Origin: a virus
Lineage: Duplodnaviria > Caudoviricetes
Strand: one strand, 5' to 3'
Length of the DNA stretch: 42,267 nt
Virus record (IMG/VR): IMGVR_UViG_3300012232_000025
Coordinates: 1 to 42,267 of that record
Position 1 is the stretch's first letter, and each line of letters opens with the position of its first letter. The notes under the pieces are model-generated. The model was given only the letters and a program-made list of their open reading frames with translations. It was not told where the DNA came from and did no database searches. Of the stretch, positions 15,697 through 24,971 are shown in pieces. The translations under genes were made by a program, and so were the position numbers.

Positions 15697-15729
15697 AAAA
15701 ACGGGGAGCGACCGAGCATCCTCTTCCCC
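15697..15729 (-). terminator. Probable terminator between the convergent late operon and BRCT gene
   Basis: Minus strand GGGGA...TCCCC stem followed by GTTTTT. Confidence 0.4.
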
Positions 15730-15736
15730 TTTGCCA

Positions 15737-18205
15737 TTACGGCAGGGGACCGCGTTTGATGTAGGAGGCAAAGACCACCGGCGAAGTCGTGGTGTTGAAA
15801 CCGCTGGCGGCCCAGACATAGCAGGTGCTCCCGACCACGATCGTCGTCACGCTGCCGGCGAAAGCGAACCGGCTGGGCGGATTTGGCTGCGGGGGGGTGA
15901 CGGCGATCGCGAGGAAATTGTGTCCCGGCGGAACCGAGATCGTGACGTTGAGCCAGTCGTAGAATTCCCCGGAGGACGGGCTGAAGGTCGGCACGGGCTG
16001 CCCGCCGCCGGCGGCCGGAGGAACGACGATCTGCCAGATTGAAACCGTCTCGTGCCCGGCCGAATCCCGGGCGCTGGCCTGGAGGCTGTGGATCCCCTCC
16101 CCGACAAAGGTGATCCGCTTGGTGAACCGCCGGGAATTGTTCTGCGGGAACTCCTCCAGGAGCTGCTGAACCACCGCGTCGGCGCCGCGCCGGGAGACGA
16201 GCGAAAGCCGCACCAGGTCCCCGTTCGGGTCGGTTGCGGTGAGGTCGATATCGATACCGCCGGCCCCGTCGGTGGTTCCCGGGTTGGATGAGGGGAGAGC
16301 CCACGCAATCCTCGGGACCACTTCAAAGGCCGGCGGCAAATAGAACCCCCGCTCCGGAATCGGCGTCGTGACGTCTTCCCCGTACCGGGTGAAAGCGACC
16401 AAGCGGATCCGCCCCTCGGCCGTCCCGCGGACCAGGCTGGAAATCCCGGGGTGCGTCCAGGGCGCCACGTTGATGAGGGGGACAATCCAGCCCTCGGTGG
16501 CAACGGGCCACGGGAGGGGGGTCGTTCCCTTGCGGCCGCGCAGGACCGAGTAGGCGTGCTGCGTGGGGGAGACGGCCGAACGGGAAACGATGCTGGCCAT
16601 CTCCAGAACCGGCCTGCCGTCGGCGTCCAGGACCACCCGCCCGTTGGCGTCGGTCTGCGCCAGGATCGCCAGGAGCTCATCCTGGGCGGCCACCCCGGGG
16701 TCGTCCGGCGTCCGGCTGGCCAGGTAGGCGTCGGCACTTTCGGCGCCATCCAGGAGGTCCAGGGTCCACGTTGCGGCCGACTCCACCGCCGCAACCGCCA
16801 GGCGCACCCGGACCGCAAAGCCCGCCTGCTGCCCCAACCGGGTGAAGCTGTCCGGGTTGGCCGCCGGCGCAAAGTAGAGGTTCGCCCCAATCACGTCCGC
16901 CTGGGGCCGGGCGGCGAGGACGGCGATGGCAACGTCACTCCCCCACCCGCCCGGCGAGAGGGGGATGACCAGGGCATAGGCGATGGGAGAAACCACCAGC
17001 CCGGTCTCCTCGACCGGGATCCAGGCAGGGATGTAGGGCAGGGCTTCGGCGAGCGTGTCGGCCCGCAGGACGAGCGCAACCGGGCCATCCCGGGGATCAC
17101 GCCTCTCGGTGACGATCGAGGCCTGGGCGAGCCCCTGACCGCCGGGCTCTGGCTCCACGTCCACGAGCACCTTTGTCCCCACTTGCATGAGGTCGGCCAG
17201 GGGGGAGCGCACCTGGACATTGATGGTGGCCTCCGGACGGGCGGAGCGGACCAGGCTGCGCGCGGCAATGGCGGCCGCCTGCGCGATTCGGGTGATGAAG
17301 GGGAGGTCCATCTCCTCCCGGTTCAGTTCCCCCCGGAGCTGGCGCGCCAGGATGTTGTCGATCTTCTGCGCGGATTCCTTCCAGCGCCGGTCCCGGTCGA
17401 TGAACCGAACAAAGAGCCCGGTCGGCACACTCGCCCAGCCGTCGCCGTGCACCACCGTCCGGCCGGTGCAATGACGGGCATCGATCGTGGGAATGCCGGC
17501 CGGGATCTCGCCCAGGTCCAGCCGGCGGAGCTCGAGGAGCCCGGCCTCGTTCCACGCCAGGACGAGCTCGGTCAATTCCAGGAGGGCCCCCAGCCGCGCG
17601 CGGACGTCCGCCGTGTCGACCAGGAGCGCGGACACCGCCATGCGCGCGCGCCGGTTCGGGTCGGCCCAAATCCACTGGGCGGCGTCCGTCCAGGAAAGCG
17701 GTTCGAGGATGGCCTCCGGTTGCTCCAGGCCGATCAGGCTGATCACCAACTCGGCCATGACCGGCACCGGGTTGACCTGGCCATCCTCCATGAGGACGGG
17801 CTCAAGGAAGGACGGTGGCCTGGGTTTGCGCCAGACCACCACCTCGACATTCGGTGACGCTGTCCGCTCCCGGCCAAACAGGAACCGATGAAGAACGACG
17901 TAGCAGAACCCGTGGTAGATCGGGTGAGGAGGGTTCAGGGTGGCCAACACCGGGTCCCCTCCCAACTGCGTCCCCCGGTAAATCTTGATGGAGCCGCCGG
18001 GCTGGAGCCACTTGGAATCGACAGGCTGGAGCGCGGTCACGTCTTCGGTGAGCGCCAGGCCGCCCGCGGGGGCGGCGAAAACCTCCTTGCCGTCGACCAA
18101 AATGGAGTGGATCCCGTCCACCGGTCCCCAGCAAACCAGGCCGGCCACGGTTCCAAAGTAATCGTAGGTCTTGGCGCTGCCCGAGTCTTTGCCTCCGCCG
18201 CCCAT
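15737..18205 (-). CDS. Tail tip/central tail protein (Phage-tail_3 / gpJ-like) with C-terminal Ig-like and Fn3-associated-like domains
   Basis: MGGGGK...YFGTVAGLVCWGPVDGI...IYRGTQ...YHGFCYVV...PNVEVVV...VNPVPVMAE; C-terminal PTFSPSSGEF...SPVVFASY; ATG at 18205. Confidence 0.8.
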   Translation of the reverse strand: MGGGGKDSGSAKTYDYFGTVAGLVCWGPVDGIHSILVDGKEVFAAPAGGLALTEDVTALQPVDSKWLQPGGSIKIYRGTQLGGDPVLATLNPPHPIYHGFCYVVLHRFLFGRERTASPNVEVVVWRKPRPPSFLEPVLMEDGQVNPVPVMAELVISLIGLEQPEAILEPLSWTDAAQWIWADPNRRARMAVSALLVDTADVRARLGALLELTELVLAWNEAGLLELRRLDLGEIPAGIPTIDARHCTGRTVVHGDGWASVPTGLFVRFIDRDRRWKESAQKIDNILARQLRGELNREEMDLPFITRIAQAAAIAARSLVRSARPEATINVQVRSPLADLMQVGTKVLVDVEPEPGGQGLAQASIVTERRDPRDGPVALVLRADTLAEALPYIPAWIPVEETGLVVSPIAYALVIPLSPGGWGSDVAIAVLAARPQADVIGANLYFAPAANPDSFTRLGQQAGFAVRVRLAVAAVESAATWTLDLLDGAESADAYLASRTPDDPGVAAQDELLAILAQTDANGRVVLDADGRPVLEMASIVSRSAVSPTQHAYSVLRGRKGTTPLPWPVATEGWIVPLINVAPWTHPGISSLVRGTAEGRIRLVAFTRYGEDVTTPIPERGFYLPPAFEVVPRIAWALPSSNPGTTDGAGGIDIDLTATDPNGDLVRLSLVSRRGADAVVQQLLEEFPQNNSRRFTKRITFVGEGIHSLQASARDSAGHETVSIWQIVVPPAAGGGQPVPTFSPSSGEFYDWLNVTISVPPGHNFLAIAVTPPQPNPPSRFAFAGSVTTIVVGSTCYVWAASGFNTTTSPVVFASYIKRGPLP

Positions 18206-18213
18206 GGTGTTCC

Positions 18214-18408
18214 TTATTTCTTGCCCGGCTTTTCGTCCTTGGCCTGCACGGCGAAAACCGCGAAGGGCAGGCTGATCCACCGGATCGCCACCAGGCGGGT
18301 ACCCGCGAGGTACGGCACAGGGATGGACTCCTGCGCGGTGGAAAGCGTTTCGGGTTCAACGGGCACGTCGTCCGTTTGCCCCTGATCGCGCGAACCTTTG
18401 GAGCTCAT
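18214..18408 (-). CDS. Small tail assembly protein
   Basis: TAQESIPVPYLAGTRLV...WIS motif; lies between NlpC/P60 and tip genes. Confidence 0.7.
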   Translation of the reverse strand: MSSKGSRDQGQTDDVPVEPETLSTAQESIPVPYLAGTRLVAIRWISLPFAVFAVQAKDEKPGKK

Positions 18409-18854
18409 GTGGAGGGATGGGTCGGGCGCCAGACGGCCGCCAGGCGTTTAAACCAGACTGGCTGCAGGCAGGGGGAGATCCGCACCCCGAGCTGCTCAAC
18501 CGAGGAAACCACCCGGCCGCCGCCCAGGAGGATTGCCAGGTGATGAATGCAATGCCCCAGGCGGAACCCGAGGAGGTCCCCGGGTTGCATGGCATCAACG
18601 GCCGCCACCCGGGCGAACCACTCGAGTCCCTCCCCGTGGTCCAGGTACTCTTCCATGATGCTCCGGTTCTGCGACCGGCTCCAACCGACGGGCGCATTGG
18701 GAACCACGAGGTCCGGGAGCCAGCCGGCGTCGTGGTAAACGCTGAAGCAAAGCATGCTGCAGGAGACGCCAGCGCCCCGGACGGCGCTCCGTTCGCAGAA
18801 GGGAGTGCCCTCCCAGGCGGCCGCCGCGGCTTCCAGGCGTTCGAGGCCGGTCAC
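18405..18854 (-). CDS. NlpC/P60 family tail-associated peptidase
   Basis: WEGTPF...GVSCSML...QPGDLLGF...HHLAI. Confidence 0.85.
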   Translation of the reverse strand: MTGLERLEAAAAAWEGTPFCERSAVRGAGVSCSMLCFSVYHDAGWLPDLVVPNAPVGWSRSQNRSIMEEYLDHGEGLEWFARVAAVDAMQPGDLLGFRLGHCIHHLAILLGGGRVVSSVEQLGVRISPCLQPVWFKRLAAVWRPTHPST

Positions 18855-20911
18855 TTTTTGCCTCCGCCGGTCGGCGTCCCCATGGGCTGGACAACCGGGT
18901 TGGTCTCGGGAATTTCAGGGAAGGCGCCGAACCGGGCAAAGTTGTTGAATTTCCCCTCCGGGTTGCTGACCGCCACGTAGGCCCGACAGGTGGCGCTCCG
19001 GCCGTCGCACCCCGGCACCAGGCTCACCGTGGCGCCCGGGATCACCTGGGGGGAGAGAGAGCGGTCCAGTTCAACGGTCAGGATGCCGGCGGAAAAGGTG
19101 GAGCTGCGGGAAATGAAGGAAGCGGAGAGCCCATCCCCGCGCGCGAGGATCCCGAGGGCAAACCAATCGACCTGGGTGTTCAGGCCCGGCGGCATCACCC
19201 CGCCGGTGCCAGTCGGGGCCGTGAAGTTGTGGAGGACCAGCCGCGTCCCGACCACCGATTGCACCTGGGCGAAGAATTGCCAGTCAGCCTTGGCGAGCCC
19301 GCACCCGCGCCCGTACACGTCCCAATTGCAGATCCGCGAGAAAAGGAGAGCCGGCACCTGCCGGTCAAAAAGACTCGAGGCGCCGGCGGCCGAGGCTTGG
19401 AGGTAGGGACCATCAAACTCAACGCCGGTGATTTGGCCGTTGAACCTTTGGCGTGGGTTCAACCCCTGCCCGTTCTTGGGTTCGCACGCTTCGATCACGA
19501 GGCGCACGAGCGTATCGAGCTTCCCGGGCAGGAAGGCCGAAAGGGGACACCCGGGCCACCACCGGAGGGAGAGGGTGATTTCGTCCCGGTCGAGCCGGAT
19601 CGTTTGGCGGATTTCGGAATGGTCGCATGGGCGGGAAACGAAAAACTCCCCGGCCGAAACGAGGTCGTCCTCGTAGGAGGTAAAGCGCTCGGTTGAGACG
19701 GCCCCGATCCGGTCCATGTGGAGAGTGTAAAGCCAGGCCCGCTCCGGGAGCCGGCCGATGGTGGAGCCGCGAACCTCGTCAACGGGGAGGACGTCTTCAG
19801 CGGAAACTTCCCGCCAGGCCATCCGCGTCTCAGCAAGCCCCAGGCTGTAGAAAGTAAGCTCCACAACCGCGCGCGCGTGGCGCGCGAGCATGAGCGGCAT
19901 CAGAACCGCCTCGTCGGCCTCCCATGCGTTCGCCAGGGGCGCCGCGAGGGTTACCTGGTTGCCGGCCACCGAAGCAATCCGGGCGGCCTCCGTCGGCCCG
20001 TAGGAAGTGTGCAGGAGGATCGCCAGCTCGGGCTGAAGGGCGCCGGCGGCCGCCACCGTGAGCTGCGTGGCGCCGGCGAGCGAGTCGGCCACCAGGCGGG
20101 TGGGAGCCGCCAGGGAGGACGTCCAGTGCCCGGCCGCATTGCCCCCCTCCTGGAACCACCAGGCGAGGAACAGGGCGATGTCGGTTGACCCCGACAGGGT
20201 GATCAACCCCTCAACCGGGCGCTCCGCTTCCTGGGGGTAGATGGCGCTGGCGCTTTCCCGGCCAGGCCCGAGGTCCCGCCGATCGATTTCGAGATCGGCC
20301 GTCGCCGCACGAGTCGCGTTGGTCCAGTTGACCGGCCAGGGGAAAACGGAGGGATGGGTCCCGTCGGGCAGGGACGGCCCGGGGAGAAAGGTGTACGCCG
20401 GCGGCGTGAGCGCGTAGGCCGCCGGCCCGTCTTCCTGAACCGAGAAGGACACCCGGAACAGTTCCGGGCTCAGCGCGAAGGCCTCCGGCGCCCGGCCGAA
20501 GGCGCCCACGATCGCCGGCGCAATCCACTCCCAGGCTGTCGGATCCCCGATTGAGGAACCGATGGCCCATTCGGTCGCCTCCTTGCGCCAGGCCACCAGG
20601 AGCCCCCCGACCAGAGCCAGCTCTTCCGGATCCCCGGCACAGGTCGCCAGGGGCCAGACAGGAACGATGAGGGGAACCCCGGCGTAGGCCTGCAGACCCG
20701 ACAGGAGGGACTGCGCCGCGGCCGCCGGGAGGACAGACTGCCACTCCATCTCCGCGCGGAGGGTGGCGCCGGCCGGCCGCCGGTTCTCCCGGCCGGTCAT
20801 CCCCCGCTCAATCGAAACCGGCACCGTGAGCCGGAGGATCGGGAGCACCAGCCAGTCGGAGGGATGGTCGACCAGCCAGGCGGTCTTACCGTCAACAGTC
20901 ACTTCACGCAT
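18851..20911 (-). CDS. Distal-tail/hub fusion protein (Dit-like N-terminus + DUF2163/BR0599-like, lambda gpL-like cysteines)
   Basis: GRENRR Dit-like motif; CNWDVYGRGC and GCDGRSATC...KFNNFARFGAFPEIP; ATG at 20911. Confidence 0.8.
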   Translation of the reverse strand: MREVTVDGKTAWLVDHPSDWLVLPILRLTVPVSIERGMTGRENRRPAGATLRAEMEWQSVLPAAAAQSLLSGLQAYAGVPLIVPVWPLATCAGDPEELALVGGLLVAWRKEATEWAIGSSIGDPTAWEWIAPAIVGAFGRAPEAFALSPELFRVSFSVQEDGPAAYALTPPAYTFLPGPSLPDGTHPSVFPWPVNWTNATRAATADLEIDRRDLGPGRESASAIYPQEAERPVEGLITLSGSTDIALFLAWWFQEGGNAAGHWTSSLAAPTRLVADSLAGATQLTVAAAGALQPELAILLHTSYGPTEAARIASVAGNQVTLAAPLANAWEADEAVLMPLMLARHARAVVELTFYSLGLAETRMAWREVSAEDVLPVDEVRGSTIGRLPERAWLYTLHMDRIGAVSTERFTSYEDDLVSAGEFFVSRPCDHSEIRQTIRLDRDEITLSLRWWPGCPLSAFLPGKLDTLVRLVIEACEPKNGQGLNPRQRFNGQITGVEFDGPYLQASAAGASSLFDRQVPALLFSRICNWDVYGRGCGLAKADWQFFAQVQSVVGTRLVLHNFTAPTGTGGVMPPGLNTQVDWFALGILARGDGLSASFISRSSTFSAGILTVELDRSLSPQVIPGATVSLVPGCDGRSATCRAYVAVSNPEGKFNNFARFGAFPEIPETNPVVQPMGTPTGGGKK

Positions 20912-23285
20912 GAACCCTCCAGCCGGACCGCGCCACGGCATCGATGGCGATGGCTTCAATGTCGTCCCGGCTGGCGGCAATCCAGGCACGGCGGTCCAGG
21001 TAAACGTTGAGCTTCTGATTGATTGCCCGCGGCCCGCCCGCGGGGTCGGCCCCGGGGCCACCCGGCGCCATCCCGGCCGCCGCCTGCTGGAACCAATCGA
21101 GGCCGAGCCGAGGGATGGCGTTCACCGGAACCACGAGCTGGACCCCCGGCATTGCACCCGGCGGCGCCGTGAGGGATTTCTCCAGCCGGCCCACGCCGAG
21201 GCGGGAAACGGTCTGAGCCGGCACCACGTACTCCCCGCGGTGGACAACCCCCGCCGGTTCGCCGGAAGGGCCGGCGCCGGTGAACCCGCCTGACTGGAAC
21301 CCGCCGCCGAGAGCCGACATGGCCGCCAGGAGCGCGGCAATACCGATGGCGGCCGCCGCGCCGTAGGAGGTAATGGAAGTCAAAAGAGCGCTGGGAGCCT
21401 TGGCCACCGCCTCACTGGCTGCGGCCGTCTTCTCGGTGGCGCTCACCAGGAGCCGCCCGACAATCCACTCGGCGAACATCCGCGAGATGGCGTCGACCAC
21501 CGAGTTGAGGATGCCGCCGGCGATCGACCGGAGAGCCTGCCCCCAGGACATGGTCGAGGAGAGAAGCCCCTTGATGCCGCCGGCGATCGAGTCGACCGCG
21601 CCACCGATGAAGGTGGTCATCGCGCGCCCGACCATCTGCGCGGTGGTCCCGAGCTGCATCATGGCTTCCTGGATGCCCGCCACGGCGCCCGCCTTTGCGC
21701 CGCCCAGGCCCTGCTCCGATTCGATCGCCTGGGTTTCCTGGAATTCCTTGAAGCGCTTGGCGGTTCCACCAGCAAAGGTCCGCTCCGCCTGCTTGTCGTG
21801 GAGGTCCGAGATTTGCTTCTCAATCGCCAGGCGCTGCCCGGCCAGGGTCGTCAATTCCTTGGCCGCCTTCAGGCCCTTCTCGGTAAGGAGCGCCCCGGTC
21901 GTAATGTCGCCGGCTTCCTTTTGCCTGATGGCTTCCAGCTCCTTCGCCACCGCGAGCTGCCGGGCCAGGATGTCAAAGCGCTCCTGATCGGTTTCCGCAT
22001 TGCGAAGGCCGATCTCGAGCTGGGCCTGCGCCAGTTCGAGCATCTCCTTTCGGGAGGCCATCGACTCCGGAGATGCCGCGCCGACGGTCCCGCCGCCGGC
22101 CGGAGTGCTGGCAGCCGCCTTGCGCGCCGCGTGAATCCTGAGTGTCAGCTCCGCGATCTGCCCGGTGAGGGTTCGGATCTCGTTCGAGAAATCCCCGCCC
22201 GTGACAACCGACTTGAGCTCAACCCAGGCGAGCTCAGCCTCCTTGATCGCCAGGACGAGATAGTCCTGGACGGTCGTGCCCATGATCTTGATGCCGCCAA
22301 TCCAGTCGGCGATGGCCTGGGCGTTGAGGGCGGCAAAGAACGAAACCAGTGCCGCCACGAGGACCGCGATGGCCGCCGCCGCGATCAGGATGGGAGCCGA
22401 GATGGAAGCAAAGGCAGTCACCAGGAGCGCCAACCCACCGGCGCCCACGAGGCCCGCCACACCGAGGGCGAGCTTGCCCATGTTGTCCGAAACCAGTTTG
22501 CCAAGGGAGCCCCCCAGGTCGCGCAGGAAGGCCAGGAGCTCCGGATGCTCACTCTTGAAAACCTTCAGCTCAGCGTTCAACCGCTTGAGCCCGTCGGCTA
22601 CGCCTTGAAAAAAGTCGCCGGTTGTCGCGGTGAGGAACCCGCCGAGCACCTCTTCGAATTCACCCCACTGCACGCGCAGGGCTTCGATGGGACCCTTGGC
22701 GCGCATGGCCGCCGCCGCCTGCCCGTGCACGGCCGCGGTCAATTTCTCCAAGAGCTCGGTGGCGTCGGCCGCCTGCAGTTTGAAACCCCGGATGGAGATG
22801 GTTTCCCCGGCCAGGCCTTTGCCGAGCTCCTTGGCCGCTTGAACGGCGTCGGTCCCCATGGCCGCCGCCATGTCGAGGACGATCGGGGTGAACGCCTTGG
22901 CCATCTCCGCGGACCGGGTGAATTCCAGGATGAGCCGGGAGACGTCCTGAATGGCTTCGTCCGAAACCCCGGTGAGGTTTTGGAGCTCGTCCGCCAGGTC
23001 CGTGAATTCCTTGGCGGTCACCTTGGCTCCCTCGCCGGTGGAGAGAAGCGCCTGTTCCAATTGCGCCGTGGCAACCGCCGACTCCTGAGCCGCCTTAAAG
23101 AAACCGGAGAGCGCGTGGAAACTGATGAAGGCCGCACCGATGCCGGCCAGGGTGGTCGCGGTGGACTTGAGGCTGGCCTGAAACTTTTCGAGCCCGGCGC
23201 TCGCCTTCTTAAACTCCGCCGCCATGGCCGCGGCGCCAGACACCTGGAGCTTGATCCCGACCACGTTCGAGGTTGCCTCTGCCAT
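20904..23285 (-). CDS. Tape measure protein
   Basis: 793 aa, Ala-rich helical, hydrophobic mid segments, C-terminal FQSGGFTG...PAGVVHRGEYVV. Confidence 0.92.
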   Translation of the reverse strand: MAEATSNVVGIKLQVSGAAAMAAEFKKASAGLEKFQASLKSTATTLAGIGAAFISFHALSGFFKAAQESAVATAQLEQALLSTGEGAKVTAKEFTDLADELQNLTGVSDEAIQDVSRLILEFTRSAEMAKAFTPIVLDMAAAMGTDAVQAAKELGKGLAGETISIRGFKLQAADATELLEKLTAAVHGQAAAAMRAKGPIEALRVQWGEFEEVLGGFLTATTGDFFQGVADGLKRLNAELKVFKSEHPELLAFLRDLGGSLGKLVSDNMGKLALGVAGLVGAGGLALLVTAFASISAPILIAAAAIAVLVAALVSFFAALNAQAIADWIGGIKIMGTTVQDYLVLAIKEAELAWVELKSVVTGGDFSNEIRTLTGQIAELTLRIHAARKAAASTPAGGGTVGAASPESMASRKEMLELAQAQLEIGLRNAETDQERFDILARQLAVAKELEAIRQKEAGDITTGALLTEKGLKAAKELTTLAGQRLAIEKQISDLHDKQAERTFAGGTAKRFKEFQETQAIESEQGLGGAKAGAVAGIQEAMMQLGTTAQMVGRAMTTFIGGAVDSIAGGIKGLLSSTMSWGQALRSIAGGILNSVVDAISRMFAEWIVGRLLVSATEKTAAASEAVAKAPSALLTSITSYGAAAAIGIAALLAAMSALGGGFQSGGFTGAGPSGEPAGVVHRGEYVVPAQTVSRLGVGRLEKSLTAPPGAMPGVQLVVPVNAIPRLGLDWFQQAAAGMAPGGPGADPAGGPRAINQKLNVYLDRRAWIAASRDDIEAIAIDAVARSGWRVHA

Positions 23286-23294
23286 GGTTCCCTT

Positions 23295-23648
23295 CTAGCC
23301 GGCGGCCGCCCGCTTCTCGAGCCCGCGCGCCACCTTGTTCCACAACCGCTGGCCGTCCTTGGTTTGACTGGCGGCCGTCGCCGCGAGCACCACCTGCCCC
23401 TCGAGGAGGGCCTGGTCACTGCGACGTTTCTCGTGGGCTTCCATAAGGAGAGCGAGCCAGGCCGGACTTTCGCCGAGGACCTGGGTACGGGTCAGGCCCG
23501 TGATCGCACTGGCGGTGGCGGCAAATTGAGCGAGGGAGATCGTGGGCTGGCTTCCGGATCCGTTGCGCGCCGCAGAAACTTCTCGGTTGAGCCGGGCATT
23601 AGTTTCTCCTGGCGCCCCAGCCGGCGCTGGAACCATCGCACGAAAAAA
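23295..23648 (-). CDS. Tail assembly chaperone -1 frameshift extension (gpT-like)
   Basis: Open -1 frame relative to the chaperone, entered at T TTT TTC (23648-23642); ends 9 nt before the TMP start. Confidence 0.65.
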   Translation of the reverse strand, partial: FFRAMVPAPAGAPGETNARLNREVSAARNGSGSQPTISLAQFAATASAITGLTRTQVLGESPAWLALLMEAHEKRRSDQALLEGQVVLAATAASQTKDGQRLWNKVARGLEKRAAAG

Positions 23649-23908
23649 TCCGCGTTGATTCTTTCCCCCTCGAGGACCACCCGCTCCTGGCTTTCCATGG
23701 TGAGGCCCGCCACCCATTCCGCGTCACGGCCGGTGTAAAGACAGGCGGCCGCCACCTCGTCATCCTGCGCGGCCAGGAGGACCGGGAACTCACCGAAGGC
23801 GAGCTGCCGGATGCGGACGGTTTCGGTGGCGCCGGCCATGGTCTGCACTTCGAAGTCGCCGCCGGCGGTGAGCGTCTCCACCGGCGTCGGTCCAGGGGAA
23901 TCATTCAT
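23492..23908 (-). CDS. Tail assembly chaperone (gpG-like)
   Basis: ETVRIRQL...INADFFVR; upstream of TMP; ATG at 23908. Confidence 0.75.
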   Translation of the reverse strand: MNDSPGPTPVETLTAGGDFEVQTMAGATETVRIRQLAFGEFPVLLAAQDDEVAAACLYTGRDAEWVAGLTMESQERVVLEGERINADFFVRWFQRRLGRQEKLMPGSTEKFLRRATDPEASPRSPSLNLPPPPVRSRA

Positions 23909-23913
23909 GGGGG

Positions 23914-24105
23914 TTAGATTTTGGGAACCCGAACCGCCTTGATGTCTTCCCAAATCCCGAAGGCGTTCAGGACGAAAATGATCAGGACCAGGACCACCAC
24001 CGAAATGACGAGCCACTTGATCTTCGGGTCCACCGGTAGCGTGTTGAACCACCAGAGGAAAACGCCGAACACGATCAAGACGACAAGCAGGGCAATGAGG
24101 CTCAT
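23914..24105 (-). CDS. Small two-TM membrane protein (Thivi_2564-like); holin candidate
   Basis: Two hydrophobic helices separated by LPVDPKIK; AAGGA SD. Confidence 0.75.
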   Translation of the reverse strand: MSLIALLVVLIVFGVFLWWFNTLPVDPKIKWLVISVVVLVLIIFVLNAFGIWEDIKAVRVPKI

Positions 24106-24127
24106 GGCATTCCTTTTGATTTTGGTT

Positions 24128-24295
24128 TCACGGTTCGAAATCGAGGTCGAAGTGCAGGAGTTTGTTGACGGTGTTCGTGCCGGCCTGGATGTACCTCTCG
24201 CGCTTGATATAGGTGCCGTTGCTCGCCACGTACACGCACCCGCACCCGGCCAGGAGCGCCGCCAGCGCGAGCGTGAGTGCGAGCCGGGATTTCAC
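24128..24295 (-). CDS. Small lipoprotein
   Basis: (M)KSRLALTLALAALLAGC lipobox; GTG at 24295 overlaps the PEP-CTERM stop (GTGA). Confidence 0.7.
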   Translation of the reverse strand: MKSRLALTLALAALLAGCGCVYVASNGTYIKRERYIQAGTNTVNKLLHFDLDFEP

Positions 24296-24963
24296 CTGCG
24301 GTGATTCCAGATCCATCCGAGCCCAGGCAGGACGGCGAGCATAAGCCCACCCCATAAGGTCGAGGGCTCAGGGATGGGCACGTTGGTCAGGTCGGCATTC
24401 TGGACGTCCGCCACGAAGCCGCCGTCCGGCTCCAGGCCAAGGGCCGAGAAGCCGATCTCGGTATTGGCGAACCGGAAATCCGTCAGGGCCAGGCCGTAGT
24501 ACGCCAGCAGGTCGGGGTTCTTGGTGTCCGTCCCGACCCCGCTGAACAAGCCCAGCCCACCGCCGAGGCCCAGAACGACAGAGATGCTGTCGAACGTACC
24601 GGCGAGGAGAACCCCGGAGGCAACCACCGATAGGTCGGGTCGGATGACGGTACCGGTGAGTGTGAACGTGCCGCCGGGGCCAAAGGTATAGACCACCGCA
24701 CCCTCCGACACGTTCGGGCCGGTGACGAAGTTGAGCTTCCCGCCGAGGATCTCCAGGGGGCCGGACGGTACCGTTCCAACACCCGTGACCTGGTCGAAAA
24801 CGATGTCCGTGCCGATCAAGGGATCCACCCCGCCCGCGCCCCCATAGGCCAGCGTGCCGCCAAAGGTGGAGACGTCGTCGAACTGCAGGCTGACGGCGGC
24901 GTGGAGACTCGAGGTTGAGAACAGGGCGAGCAGGGCGAGTGAGATGGAGAGTAGGGATTTCAT
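24292..24963 (-). CDS. PEP-CTERM sorting-domain surface protein
   Basis: Signal peptide MKSLLSISLALLALFSTSSLHA; Gly/Thr-rich beta domain; C-terminal IPEPST + TM + HRR. Confidence 0.88.
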   Translation of the reverse strand: MKSLLSISLALLALFSTSSLHAAVSLQFDDVSTFGGTLAYGGAGGVDPLIGTDIVFDQVTGVGTVPSGPLEILGGKLNFVTGPNVSEGAVVYTFGPGGTFTLTGTVIRPDLSVVASGVLLAGTFDSISVVLGLGGGLGLFSGVGTDTKNPDLLAYYGLALTDFRFANTEIGFSALGLEPDGGFVADVQNADLTNVPIPEPSTLWGGLMLAVLPGLGWIWNHRR

Positions 24964-24971
24964 GGTTTCGG

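Noticed and set aside
18405-18854. NlpC/P60 as the endolysin
   Set aside because: Occupies the conserved tail-tip position between hub and central tail genes.
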